From: Candidatus Geohabitans tengchongensis | GTDB taxonomy: Bacteria; Sysuimicrobiota; Sysuimicrobiia; Sysuimicrobiales; Humicultoraceae | Assembly: GCA_031459625.1 (NCBI GenBank) | Contig: JAVKIH010000012.1 | Span: 5,936 to 66,738, forward strand | Direction: 5' to 3' | Length of the DNA: 60,803 bases | Shown here: piece by piece, positions 18,996 through 28,572 of the stretch | Layout of the letters: each line of letters opens with the position of its first letter | Numbering within the stretch: position 1 is the first letter of the stretch | Notes under the pieces: generated by a model | Told to the model about the DNA's origin: nothing | Seen by the model: the letters and a program-made list of their open reading frames with translations, nothing else | Database searches by the model: none | Position numbers and translations under genes: made by a program

Positions 18996-21257
18996 TCACG
19001 GTGACGCCGTCACCTCCGGCGGGCGGTCGGGGGGGACCTCCACCCACACCACCGCGTTGTAGTCGGGGATGCGCACGTCGGCGGAGCGGCGCCGCGCGGA
19101 GATGAGCACGTTCCCCTCGGGCCAGTGGACCTGGAGCGTCCCCGGCATGACCGGAGCCAGGCGGACGCGGCCGTGGAACGTCCCCACCTCGTTGCGCAGG
19201 ACCACCCGGTCGCCGTCGCGCAGGCCCAGGCGCCGCGCGTCCGCCTCGTGCATGAGCACGGCCTCGCGCGCCGCCCCCGTGAGGGCGTCTCGCCGCCCCT
19301 GGACCATGCTGTTGAACTGCCGGCCGCGCCGGGTGCTGAGCAGGAAGGCCCCCTCGGGCCGCTCCAGGGTCGGCAGGGGGACGACGGCGAAGTGCGCCCG
19401 GCCGTCCGGCGTGGGGAAGGTCCACCCCCGGCACAGCAGCGGCCCACCGTACTGGAACTGGTCGCCTTCCCGCTGCAGGTGCTGGATGCCGTCGTAGAAG
19501 GGGACCACGCGGGCGATCTCCTCGCGGATGGCAGCGGGCCCGGCGAAGTGCAGCCGGTCGGCCAGGTCGGGGCGCACCCGCCGGGCCAGGTCCATGAAGA
19601 CCTCCCACTCCGGCCGGGTCTGGCCGATGCGGGGGCCGGGGACCTCCGGGCTGAAGATCACCCGCCGCTCCGTGGTGGTCTGCGTGACGCCGCCCGGCAC
19701 CTCGTAGCGGGTGGTGGCGGGCAGGAGGAGCACCGCCTCCGCCGGCTCCAGCAGCATCTGGTTCGTGAGGACGATGTCCATGTGCACGCGCAGCGGGACG
19801 CGCTCGAGCGCCTGCCGCACGTAGGCCCGGTCGGGCATCACCTCCAGGAAGTTCCCCCCGACCATGAAGAGGACGTCGAGCCGCCCCTCGGCGGCGGCGT
19901 CCACCATCTCGGGGGCGGTGAGCCCCGGGGACGCCGGCACGGGGAACCCCCACTGCTCGCTCAGGCGCCGGGCGTGCTCGGCCGTGACCGGCAGCCCGCC
20001 GGGGAAGGCGGTGGCGTAGGCGCCCATCTCCGCCCCGCCCTGCACGCCGGAATGGCCGCGGATCGGCATGAGGCCGCAGCCCTCGCGCCCCACGAAACCC
20101 TTGGTGAGGGCCAGGTTGATGATAGCGCGGACACTCCCCTCGCCGACGTCGTGCTGGGTCACCCCCATGGACCAGACGAAGACCGCCGTCTGCGCCTCGG
20201 CCACCATCTGGGCGAAGGCGCGCATCTCCTCGCGGCTCGCCCCGCTCTGCCGTTCCAGCGCCTCCCAGGGCTGGGCGGCCAGCGCGTCGGCCAGCGCGGC
20301 GAAGCCGGTGGTGTGGCGGTCGATGAAGGCCCGGTCCACCCACCCCTCGGCGACCATCCAGCGCAGGGTCCCGTTCAGGAAGGCGATGTCCCCGCCGGTG
20401 GTGATGAGGAAGACCCGGTCGGCCATGCGCGTCCCGAAGAGGGCGCTCTCCAGCACCGACGGCACCCAGTACCGCTCCATGCCGGGCTCGCGGTAGGTGT
20501 TCACGAGCACGACGCGCGTGCCCAGGCGCCGGGCGTAGTAGAGGTACTTCATCATGACCGGCTGGTTGTTCGCCACGTTCGACCCGATGAAGACCGCCAG
20601 GTCGGTGCCGAGCAGGTCGGCGTACGAGCAGGTGGTGGCCGCCACGCCCAGGGCCTGCTTTAGCGCGAACGTGCTGGGCGCGTGGCAGACCCGCGCGGCG
20701 TTGTCGATGTTGTTGCTGCCCATGGCCCGGACGGCCTTCTGCGCGGCGTAGTAGTGCTCGTTGGGCATCCCCCGGCTGGTGAGGTAGCAGGCGAGGCGCT
20801 CCGGCCCGGCCGCCCGGATGCGGTCGGCGACCAGCGCCAGCGCAGCGTCCCACGAGACCGGCCGGAAGCCCGCCTCCCCGCGCCGGCGCAGCAGCGGGAC
20901 CGGCAGGCGGCCGAGCCGCCGCAGGGCGTCGTTGGTCCGGCCGCGCAGGGGGGCGACGTCGACCAGGTGCCGCACGTCCAGCGGCGGCAGCGTGTTGAGC
21001 CGCAGCAGGCGGAGGCGGACGTTGCAGAGGTGGATCCCGGGGAGGGTCCAGTCACGCAGCCCGGCGGTCCCGAGCGCGCACCCGTCGCAGACCCCGTGCG
21101 CCAGGATGCGCCAGGCGTAGGGCAGGCGGTCCCGGTTCTCCCAGATCGCCTTCCCGATCTCCAGGTAGTTGTTGGGCCGCTGCTCGCCGATGCCGAACGG
21201 CTTCCAGCTGGCCCAGAGCCTGGGCTCGAACCCCCGGACCTTGCGCCCCTCCGCCAC
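18996..21257 (-). CDS. FdhF/YdeP family molybdopterin oxidoreductase (Cys ligand)
   Basis: CDGCALG, NAARVCHAPS, WSMGVTQH, PIRGHSGVQG, TRRGRQFNSM. Confidence 0.92.
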   Translation of the reverse strand: MAEGRKVRGFEPRLWASWKPFGIGEQRPNNYLEIGKAIWENRDRLPYAWRILAHGVCDGCALGTAGLRDWTLPGIHLCNVRLRLLRLNTLPPLDVRHLVDVAPLRGRTNDALRRLGRLPVPLLRRRGEAGFRPVSWDAALALVADRIRAAGPERLACYLTSRGMPNEHYYAAQKAVRAMGSNNIDNAARVCHAPSTFALKQALGVAATTCSYADLLGTDLAVFIGSNVANNQPVMMKYLYYARRLGTRVVLVNTYREPGMERYWVPSVLESALFGTRMADRVFLITTGGDIAFLNGTLRWMVAEGWVDRAFIDRHTTGFAALADALAAQPWEALERQSGASREEMRAFAQMVAEAQTAVFVWSMGVTQHDVGEGSVRAIINLALTKGFVGREGCGLMPIRGHSGVQGGAEMGAYATAFPGGLPVTAEHARRLSEQWGFPVPASPGLTAPEMVDAAAEGRLDVLFMVGGNFLEVMPDRAYVRQALERVPLRVHMDIVLTNQMLLEPAEAVLLLPATTRYEVPGGVTQTTTERRVIFSPEVPGPRIGQTRPEWEVFMDLARRVRPDLADRLHFAGPAAIREEIARVVPFYDGIQHLQREGDQFQYGGPLLCRGWTFPTPDGRAHFAVVPLPTLERPEGAFLLSTRRGRQFNSMVQGRRDALTGAAREAVLMHEADARRLGLRDGDRVVLRNEVGTFHGRVRLAPVMPGTLQVHWPEGNVLISARRRSADVRIPDYNAVVWVEVPPDRPPEVTASP

Positions 21258-21293
21258 GACCCTCCGCCGGTGCCGTCCCCCGTCGCCCCGCGG

Positions 21294-22664
21294 TCAGCGC
21301 GCGGGAGGCTCGAACACGGTGCGCACCCCGGGCACCATACTGCTTCGGCAGATGGCGGCGTAGACCTCCGCGCTGGGGCGCGGGGTGCGGGTCTGGGTGG
21401 CCGGGTCGAGGGCGATCAGGCCGAAGCGCAGTGTCCACCCGTCCGCCCACTCGAAGTTGTCCACGAGGGTCCAGTGGAAGTAGCCGCGGACGTCGCAGCC
21501 GGCCTGCAGCGCGCGGCTCAATTGGCGCAGGTGGTCGAGGATGAAGGCCGGCCGCTGGTCGTCGTCCGCATCAGGCAGGCCGTTCTCCGTGACGTAGAGC
21601 GGCCGCCCGTAGGCGCGGGCCCGCTGCAACACCCGGTAGAGCCCCTCCGGGTAGATCTCGCCGTAGCCCCCGTCGCTCATCAGCGCCCCGGGGGCGTGGA
21701 AGTTGCGGGCGAAGAGCCGCCGGGGCGCGCGCAGGTCCAGCGCCACGAGGTCGCGGGTGTAGTAGTTCACCCCCACGAAGTCCATCGTCCCCCGGGCCTC
21801 CGGCAGCGGCGGGAGGTGCAGCAGGGCGGGGAGGCGTCCGGTGTGCAGGGCGTCGAGGAAGACCCAGTTCAGCAGGCGGTCCTGCACCGCGGCCACGGCC
21901 CGGTCGAACGGCACGGGCCGCGCCGGGTCGAAGAGGCGCAGGTACGCCGTCGGCCCCACCTGCGCGGCGGGCTGGAGGGCGTGGACGGTGCGGTACAGGG
22001 CCGCGTGGGTGCGCACCGCCTGCACGAGGGCGCGCCGGGCCCGGCGCAGCCCCCCGCCCCCCGGCGGGAAGCGCCCGGTGAGGAAGCCGCTGACGATGGC
22101 GCCCACCGGCTCGTTGAGGGTGCACCAGAGCGTGACGAGGTCGCCGAGGGCCTCGACCACGCGACGGGCGAACTGCGCCATGGCCTGCGGGAGCCCGGGC
22201 CACAGCCACCCGCCGCGCCGCGCCACCCACAGGGGAAAGGTGAAGTGGTGCAGCGTGACCATGGGCGTGATCCCGCGCGCGCGCAGGCCGGCGACCATGG
22301 TGCGGTAGCGGGCCAGCGCCGTCTCGTCCCACCGGCCCGGCTCGGGCTCGATGCGGCTCCACTCCACGGAGAGGCGGTGCGCGTTCTGCCCCAGCGCCGC
22401 CATGCGGTCGAAGTCGGCTTCTGCCGCCACCCACCAGTTGCAGGCGGCGCCCGACCGGTCGCCGGCGGCGATGCGCCCCGGCTGCTGCTCCCACTCCCAC
22501 CAGTCGGCGTTGGTGTTGAACCCCTCCACCTGGTAGGCGCTGGTGGCGGTCCCCCACAGGAAGCCATCGGGGAAGTGGAAGGCACCGGAGGGCTCGGACC
22601 GCCCGGCGTGGAAGGTAGGCGGGTGCGGTTCGTCGCGGTGACGGGCCCTATCCGGGCACAACAC
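21294..22664 (-). CDS. Glycoside hydrolase family 1 (beta-glucosidase-like); start uncertain
   Basis: FLWGTATSAYQVEG, RLSVEWSRIEP, TLNEP, GVNYY, VTENG, DNFEWADG. Confidence 0.93.
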   Translation of the reverse strand: MLCPDRARHRDEPHPPTFHAGRSEPSGAFHFPDGFLWGTATSAYQVEGFNTNADWWEWEQQPGRIAAGDRSGAACNWWVAAEADFDRMAALGQNAHRLSVEWSRIEPEPGRWDETALARYRTMVAGLRARGITPMVTLHHFTFPLWVARRGGWLWPGLPQAMAQFARRVVEALGDLVTLWCTLNEPVGAIVSGFLTGRFPPGGGGLRRARRALVQAVRTHAALYRTVHALQPAAQVGPTAYLRLFDPARPVPFDRAVAAVQDRLLNWVFLDALHTGRLPALLHLPPLPEARGTMDFVGVNYYTRDLVALDLRAPRRLFARNFHAPGALMSDGGYGEIYPEGLYRVLQRARAYGRPLYVTENGLPDADDDQRPAFILDHLRQLSRALQAGCDVRGYFHWTLVDNFEWADGWTLRFGLIALDPATQTRTPRPSAEVYAAICRSSMVPGVRTVFEPPAR

Positions 22665-22681
22665 GGAGGCGGAACCCGGGG

Positions 22682-22882
22682 ATGGACATCCGCGAGTATT
22701 ATGACCCGCGCAGCGACCTGAACGAGGCCCCGGACCGGCGGCCGGGGCTGCCGAGTGCGCCGGCGACCGTCTGCATCGCGGTCGGCCGGCGGCCGGGGCT
22801 GCCGGTGGCCGAGGTCGCCTTCCCCGGTCCCTTCCTGGTGGAGCTCCGGCACCTGCACGCGGCCGTGCGCGGCCTCCGCTGA
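22682..22882 (+). pseudogene. Relic of a SirB1/YchA (transglutaminase-like core 2) gene
   Basis: EYYDPRS-DLNEAPDRRPGLP...IAVGRRPGLP...VAFPGPFLV resembles the family consensus YYDPxNSxLNxVLDRRxGIP...VxRRLGLP..GVxFPGHFLV; only 66 aa. Confidence 0.7.
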
Positions 22883-22911
22883 GGCCCGAACCCGGGACCT
22901 GCAGCCGTCCC

Positions 22912-23670
22912 GTGTCCAGCCACTTCGCCGCCATCGGCTTCCCCGTGCGCGAGATGGCCGACTACCGCGCGCTGCTGCAGGAGGCGGCGGCGCGGGGACG
23001 CCACCTGCCGCTGGTCGGCGGCGGGGCGCTGGCGCGCTGGGAGGTCGGCGGCGGCCCGGAGGTCTGGGCGCTGATCGACCCCTCGGGCTACCCGTTGGAA
23101 GCCACCCCGTTCTACGCCGCGGGCCGGATTCACCGCCTGGCGCTGACGGCTTACGGCGAAGACCCCGAGGAGGAGCAGGCGGGGTGGGTGGAAGGGTGGC
23201 TGGAGCCCCGGGAGCCGGACGAGCCGCTCAGCGGTCTGTTCCCGGTGCGCATGGACCTGGTGGACTTCCCCCTGGCGCGCCCGGCGCTGCGCACGGGAAC
23301 GGTGCTCACCGTGGAGTTCGCCGGGCTCGTACACGAAGCGCACCTCTTCCCCAGCGCCGCGGCGTACGAAGCGGTGCGGCAGATGACCTACCAGCCGCCG
23401 GTGCGCTCCTTCGTCGCGGTCGGCAGCCACACCGCCGACGCGGAGCCGGGGGTCGAACCCGAGGCCACAGCGCTCATCACGGGCGTGGTGGTCCGTGCGC
23501 GGCTCCTGACCAACGCCGCCACCGGCGCACCGTACTGGCGCCTGGACGTGGCCAGCGAGGTCGAGGTCACCGTGCTCGCCGACCGCGAGACGCTCCCCGG
23601 GGAGCCGCGGCCGGACAACGTCCTGGCTGCGTCCTGCTGGGTGGTAGGCCGCACCGTCTCGGACCGCTGA
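22912..23670 (+). CDS. Hypothetical protein, beta-rich and acidic
   Basis: 252-aa ORF with host-like codon usage; no motif recognised. Confidence 0.8.
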   Translation: MSSHFAAIGFPVREMADYRALLQEAAARGRHLPLVGGGALARWEVGGGPEVWALIDPSGYPLEATPFYAAGRIHRLALTAYGEDPEEEQAGWVEGWLEPREPDEPLSGLFPVRMDLVDFPLARPALRTGTVLTVEFAGLVHEAHLFPSAAAYEAVRQMTYQPPVRSFVAVGSHTADAEPGVEPEATALITGVVVRARLLTNAATGAPYWRLDVASEVEVTVLADRETLPGEPRPDNVLAASCWVVGRTVSDR

Positions 23671-23698
23671 CCGGAGACCGTCCGCCGGGGGGCAGGAC

Positions 23699-23908
23699 CT
23701 AGCGGGGGCCGAGCAGCCGGTAGGCCACCACCGCCGCGACCGCCAATAGCAGGAGCCCGGCACCGAGCGCCACCGGGTCGGCCGGCCGGCGCACCACCCG
23801 GCCCAGCTCGACGGCGGTCTCGGGCACACCGGCGGCCAGCAGCGCCAGCCCCACCAGCGTCGCGGCCGCCACGACCGCCCAGAGCAGCGTCCGCTGGCCG
23901 CGCGTCAC
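23699..23908 (-). CDS. Small two-TM membrane protein
   Basis: Two hydrophobic helices; GTGA overlap with the ndk stop. Confidence 0.7.
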   Translation of the reverse strand: MTRGQRTLLWAVVAAATLVGLALLAAGVPETAVELGRVVRRPADPVALGAGLLLLAVAAVVAYRLLGPR

Positions 23909-24501
23909 GGGCCCTGGACGATCTCCTCGTCGGCGCGCCGGTACTCGAAGAGCTCCTCGGGGCGGAACCAGAGGGCGATCTCCTGCTCGGCCTCCTCCAG
24001 CGTGCCCGAGGCGTGGATCAGGTTGCGCACCGGGCGGCGCTGCAGGTTCGCCACCGTGGGGGAGTCCACCGAGAAGTCGCCGCGGATGGTCCCGGGCGCG
24101 GCGCGCACCGGCAGCGTGTCGCCGACGAGCTTGCGCACCGTGGCCACCGCCTGGATGCCCTCCAGCACCGCCGCCACCACCGGGGCACTGGCCACGTAGT
24201 CGATCAGCCAGCCCCGGACCGCCCGGCCGATCTCCAGCGGGTCGTCGCTGCCCGTCTGCGCCTTCACGTCCAGGCCGGCCGCCTGGAAGGCCTCGCGCGT
24301 CTTGCCGCCCAGCGTGCGCATGAAGGCCTCGTCGGCCGGGTAGTGGCGCTCCAGGAAGTCGCGGGAGGGGTGCACCATCTTCAGCCCGACTAGGCGCAGC
24401 CCCGCGCGCTCGAAGCGGCGCAGGATCTCCCCGACCAGCGCCCGCTGCACCCCGTCGGGCTTGACGAAGATCAGCGTGCGCTCGCGGCGCACCTCACCCA
24501 T
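23905..24501 (-). CDS. ndk: Nucleoside diphosphate kinase (long form)
   Basis: ERTLIFVKPDGVQR, PGTIRGDF, NLIHASG. Confidence 0.96.
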   Translation of the reverse strand: MGEVRRERTLIFVKPDGVQRALVGEILRRFERAGLRLVGLKMVHPSRDFLERHYPADEAFMRTLGGKTREAFQAAGLDVKAQTGSDDPLEIGRAVRGWLIDYVASAPVVAAVLEGIQAVATVRKLVGDTLPVRAAPGTIRGDFSVDSPTVANLQRRPVRNLIHASGTLEEAEQEIALWFRPEELFEYRRADEEIVQGP

Positions 24502-24537
24502 CCCTGACCTCCCGGGAGACCTCCGCCTCCCGCGTCC

Positions 24538-25794
24538 TCACTCGTCGATGCCGTCCCGCAGGAGGGCGGTGTTGCGCCGGTAGACGTAGGCGAAGGACCA
24601 GTCCAGCACCACGCCCAGCCGGTTGCGGAGGGTCATGATCTTGCTCAGGTGGATGATACGCCAGGCCAGCCAGGCCGCAAACCCATTGAAGTGCAGACCG
24701 CGCACCTCGGCCACGGCCGCGTGGCGGCCCAGGGAGACCATCACGCCCTGGTGGCGGTAGCGGAAGGGCGCGGGCGCCTGCCCGCGCACGACCCGCGCCA
24801 CGGCGCGGCCCACCGCCTCGCCCTCCTGGACGGCCACCGCCGCGTCCTGCGAGAGCGGGCCTCCCGTGCGCGGGTCCGGGACGAGCGCCAGGTCGCCGGC
24901 CACGAAGACCTCCGGACGGTCGGGCAGTGCCAGGGCCGGCGTCACCACGACCCGCCCGCCGCGCCCTGTCGGCAGCCCCAGGTCGGCCACGAGCGGGTGG
25001 GGCCGCACGCCCGCCGCCCAGACGACCGTCCCGGCGACGAGGCGCTCTCCGCCGTCGAGGCGCACGCCGTCGGGGAGGACCTCCGCCACGCGCGCCCCCA
25101 GCCGCACCTCCACGCCGCGGGCCTGCAACACCCGCAGCGCCGGGCCGGCCAGGCGCGGGTCGAGGCCCGGCAGCACGGTCTGGGCGACCTCGAGCAGCAG
25201 GACCTGCGGCTCGTCGGCCGGCACGGTGGGGTAGTCCCGCCGCAGGTTGAGGCGGATGAAGTCGGCCAGCGCCCCCGCCAGCTCCACCCCGGTCGCCCCC
25301 GCCCCCACGATGACGAAGGTGAGGAGGCGCCGGCGCGCCGCGCGATCCGCCTCCAGCGCGGCGCGCTCGAAGGCTGCCAGCACGGCGTTGTGGATGCGGG
25401 TGGCGTCCGGCAGGGTCTTGAGCGGCAAGGCGAACTCCCGCACCCCGGGGAGGCCGAAGTCGTGCGTCACCGTGCCGAGCGCGATCACCAGCACGTCGTA
25501 CGGCACCGGTCCCTGCGCGGTGGCCACGCGGCGCGCCCCGAACTCCACCGTCTGCACGGTGCGGGCCTCGTAGCGGAACCCCGCGCGGGCGGCCCAGCGC
25601 AGCGGCTGGGCCACGTGGTCCGGGTCGACCAGCCCCGTAGCGACCTGGTAGAGGAGCGGGGTGAAGAGGTGGTAGTTGCGCCGGTCGATGAGCAGGACGT
25701 CGGCACCGGTGCGCTGGCGGGCCAGGGTGAGCGCGGCGGCCAGTCCGGCGAAGCCGCCGCCCAGGATCACGACGCGCGGTGCAGCGGCGCCCAC
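24538..25794 (-). CDS. ndh: Type II NADH dehydrogenase family FAD oxidoreductase
   Basis: ILGGGFAGL, HLFTPLLYQVATG, VGAGATGVELAG, WAAGV, VAGD. Confidence 0.9.
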   Translation of the reverse strand: MGAAAPRVVILGGGFAGLAAALTLARQRTGADVLLIDRRNYHLFTPLLYQVATGLVDPDHVAQPLRWAARAGFRYEARTVQTVEFGARRVATAQGPVPYDVLVIALGTVTHDFGLPGVREFALPLKTLPDATRIHNAVLAAFERAALEADRAARRRLLTFVIVGAGATGVELAGALADFIRLNLRRDYPTVPADEPQVLLLEVAQTVLPGLDPRLAGPALRVLQARGVEVRLGARVAEVLPDGVRLDGGERLVAGTVVWAAGVRPHPLVADLGLPTGRGGRVVVTPALALPDRPEVFVAGDLALVPDPRTGGPLSQDAAVAVQEGEAVGRAVARVVRGQAPAPFRYRHQGVMVSLGRHAAVAEVRGLHFNGFAAWLAWRIIHLSKIMTLRNRLGVVLDWSFAYVYRRNTALLRDGIDE

Positions 25795-25845
25795 GCCGGG
25801 ATCACGCCGCGCGGCGGAGACTCACGCCGGGATCACGCCGCGCGG
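25792..25845. repeat. 23-bp direct repeat x2 (31-bp period) at the ndh start
   Basis: CACGCCGGGATCACGCCGCGCGG at 25792 and 25823; related GGATCACGACGCGCGG at 25764. Confidence 0.9.
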
Positions 25846-25893
25846 GTGGAGCGTCCAGCACCCGGGCGATTCCCGGGCACCGTGTCGCGCCGC

Positions 25894-27528
25894 TCACCAG
25901 CCGATGGCCAGCCCGTCCACGCGCGGGTCGGACCCCGCCTCGTACACCCCGCCGCGCGCCAGGATGACCTGCGCCCCGCCCCCCTCCTCGGTGACCATGG
26001 GGACCACGCGGTGGCCGGCTGCGCGCAGGGCGGCCGCCACCGCCGGCGGGAACCCCTCTTCCAGCCGCACCTCGGGGTCGCGCGTGATCGTGGCCGGGTC
26101 GGTTCCCGGGACGTGCAGCCAGCGCGGCGCGTCTACCGCCTGCTGCACCTCCATCCCCGACTCGACCAGGTTCAGGAAGACCTGCAGGTTCCACTGGGGC
26201 TGCCCGTCACCGCCGGGCGTGCCGAAGACCAGGCGCTCGCCGGCCGGACCCGTCGCGGCCACCGGCAACAAGGTGTGCATCGTGCGCTTGCCGGGGGCGA
26301 GCACGTTGGGGTGGTCGGGGTCCAGCGGGAAGCCGCGCCCCGCCCGGTTGTTCAGCAGGATCCCCGTCCCCTCGACCACCTCACCGCACCCGAACTTCGC
26401 CGAGAGGCTCGTGATGCAGGAGACCATGTTCCCCTCCCGGTCGGCGGTGCACAGGTAGGTAGTGTCCCCGCCCGACGGGCCGGCGGCCTGCAGCGCGCCG
26501 CGCGGGACGCCGGCCGCCAGCGCGCGGCGGATCTCCTCGAGACGCTCGCGTGCGTGTGCCGGACTGAGCAACTCCTCGAGCGGGTTGGCGACCATCCGCG
26601 GGTCGCCCAGGTGGCGCAGCCGGTCGGCGAAGGCCGCTTGCTTGGCGGCCACGGCCAGCACGACCCCCTCGGGGTCGCCCCAGCGCAGCCGCTCCCGCGG
26701 GACCTGGGCCAGGAGGTTCAGCATGAGCAGGAGGATGATCCCCTGCGAGGGCGGGGGCGTGGTGTAGACGGTCCAGCCCCGGTAGGTGGTGGCCAGCGGC
26801 TCCACGACCTCGCTGCGGTGACGGCGAAAGTCCTCCAGCGTGAAGAGCCCGTCGTGGGCGGTGCTGTAGCGCACCATCGCCTCGGCCAGCGCCCCCTCGT
26901 AGAAGGCCCGCCGCCCTTCCCGGGCGACCAGGCGCAGGGAGGCGGCCAGGTCGCGCTGCACCAGCACCTCGCCCGCCCGGGGCGGGCGCCCCTGCGGCAG
27001 GAAGACCCGGGCGGAGGAGGGGAAGCGCGCCAGCACCTCGGCGCTCTCGGCGAACCACTCCGCCACGCGCGGGGCCACCGGCGCTCCCTCCTCGGCGTAG
27101 GCGATGGCCGGCGCCAGGAGGTCGGCCAGGGAGCAGCGGCCGCTCCCCCAGCGCTCCAGGGCCGTGACCATGGCGTCCACCGCACCCGGGACGCTCGCCG
27201 AGGCCATCCCCCGCAGCGGCATCGTCTGGAACCCGCGGCCGACGAAGTGCTCCCGCGTCGCTCCCAGCGGGGCCGCCCCGCTGCCGTTGAGCGCCGTCAC
27301 CGCGCCGGTGCGGCCGTCCAACCACAGCAGGAAGGTGTCGCCGCCGAGCCCGCTCATCATGGGCTGGACGACGCCGAGCACCCCCGCCGCCGCCAGGGCG
27401 GCGTCCATGGCGTTGCCGCCGGAGCGCAACACCTGCAGGCCGGCGGCCGAGGCGAGCGGGTGACCGGTGGCCACCACGCCGTGCTGGGCGATCACGGTCG
27501 ACCGCGTGCGCATCTGCGTCCTCCTCAT
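25894..27528 (-). CDS. ggt: Gamma-glutamyltransferase family protein (alternative start 27513)
   Basis: GGNAMDAA, SGLGGD, GDTTYL (Thr nucleophile), LLNNR, PGKR..HTL, GTPGGDGQPQ, SDPR.DG. Confidence 0.95.
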   Translation of the reverse strand: MRRTQMRTRSTVIAQHGVVATGHPLASAAGLQVLRSGGNAMDAALAAAGVLGVVQPMMSGLGGDTFLLWLDGRTGAVTALNGSGAAPLGATREHFVGRGFQTMPLRGMASASVPGAVDAMVTALERWGSGRCSLADLLAPAIAYAEEGAPVAPRVAEWFAESAEVLARFPSSARVFLPQGRPPRAGEVLVQRDLAASLRLVAREGRRAFYEGALAEAMVRYSTAHDGLFTLEDFRRHRSEVVEPLATTYRGWTVYTTPPPSQGIILLLMLNLLAQVPRERLRWGDPEGVVLAVAAKQAAFADRLRHLGDPRMVANPLEELLSPAHARERLEEIRRALAAGVPRGALQAAGPSGGDTTYLCTADREGNMVSCITSLSAKFGCGEVVEGTGILLNNRAGRGFPLDPDHPNVLAPGKRTMHTLLPVAATGPAGERLVFGTPGGDGQPQWNLQVFLNLVESGMEVQQAVDAPRWLHVPGTDPATITRDPEVRLEEGFPPAVAAALRAAGHRVVPMVTEEGGGAQVILARGGVYEAGSDPRVDGLAIGW

Positions 27529-27544
27529 CCCGCCGATCCTGGGG

Positions 27545-28384
27545 TCACAACAGGCCTTCCGCCGTGGCGAAGCCGATGACCAGCGCCCCCCAGAACTGCT
27601 TGAAGGCGCGCACGTAGTCGTCGTCGGTCACGGCGATGGTGCGCGGGCCCCGCCGCTCCACCGACGGGAAGAGCGTGGCCATGCGGGCCGGGCTGGTGCG
27701 CTTGAAGTCCACCTCGAAGGTGGCCGGCCGCGGCGGTGGGGTGGGGCGGATGCGACCGGCGGCCACCGCCGCCAGGGCCTGCTGCGCGCGCTCACGGATC
27801 AGCGCGTGGGCGCGCTCCGGGGTGAGGGAGAGGACCACCAGGCGGTCCACGGCCTCCTTCACCGGCGCTGTGACCACCCCGGGGAGACGCCGCTGCGCGT
27901 CGGCGCAGACGGCGGCGTCCCCGGTGACGAGCGCCACCGGGACGCCGAAGGCTCCGGCCAGCGCGGCGTTCACCGCCGCCTCGTCCACCGGCTCGCCGTT
28001 GAGCCGCACCTCGTAGACGATCCGCCCGAGGAAGGTGTGGTTGAGGATCCCCTCGCCCCCGCCCTCGCGCTGGTGGTAGCCGACGAAGAAGGCGGCGTCG
28101 AAGCCGCCGTCGATCCCCTCCAGCTGCCCCAGCAGCCGGTCGCTGCCGCTCAGCAGGCGGGCGGCAGGGTGGAGCTCCTCCACCAGGAGGTTCGTCATGG
28201 GGCCGTGGCCGTCGGCCACCACCACGTCGGTCGCCCCGCCGGCGAGCGCCCCTTCGACCGCCGCGTTGGCCTCCTGGGTCATCAACCGGCGGAACCGGTC
28301 GTACTCCTTCTCCGTCGGCTGGACGTGTCGGGAGACCGCCACGCCGGTGATGCCTTCCATGTCCACGGAGATGTAGACGCGCAC
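27545..28384 (-). CDS. dppA: M55 family D-aminopeptidase
   Basis: YISVDMEGITG, ADGHG, FVGYH, LNHT, VTGD; SD GAGGAGG before GTG 28384. Confidence 0.92.
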   Translation of the reverse strand: MRVYISVDMEGITGVAVSRHVQPTEKEYDRFRRLMTQEANAAVEGALAGGATDVVVADGHGPMTNLLVEELHPAARLLSGSDRLLGQLEGIDGGFDAAFFVGYHQREGGGEGILNHTFLGRIVYEVRLNGEPVDEAAVNAALAGAFGVPVALVTGDAAVCADAQRRLPGVVTAPVKEAVDRLVVLSLTPERAHALIRERAQQALAAVAAGRIRPTPPPRPATFEVDFKRTSPARMATLFPSVERRGPRTIAVTDDDYVRAFKQFWGALVIGFATAEGLL

Positions 28385-28415
28385 CGCTGCCTCCTCGTCC
28401 GCACCGCCTTCACTC

Positions 28416-28436
28416 ACAACGAAGATATGTCGTTGT
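28416..28436. promoter_or_regulatory. Operator-like inverted repeat upstream of dppA-ggt
   Basis: ACAACGA-N7-TCGTTGT in an AT-richer patch. Confidence 0.6.
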
Positions 28437-28467
28437 CAGCACCCACCGCGGCAAGGGCCGGGCCCCT

Positions 28468-28572
28468 GTCGGGTGCCGCGGCGGAGGAGCTCCCCGGCGC
28501 GTCTGGTCGCGGCCGGCGGAGGAGCTCTCCCCAACATCGGGTCGCGGCCGGCAGAGGAGCTCCCCGGACGGT
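28468..28572. repeat. Imperfect 35-bp tandem repeat x3
   Basis: GAGGAGCTC core at 28484, 28519 and 28554; GGTCGCGGCCGGC shared by units 2 and 3. Confidence 0.85.

Noticed and set aside
18996..21257. Selenocysteine formate dehydrogenase
   Set aside because: No in-frame TGA; the ligand position is Cys (VCHAPS), typical of the YdeP-like clade.
28468..28572. CRISPR array
   Set aside because: The period is only 35 bp with ~8-10-nt variable parts, there are three degenerate units, and no cas genes are present.
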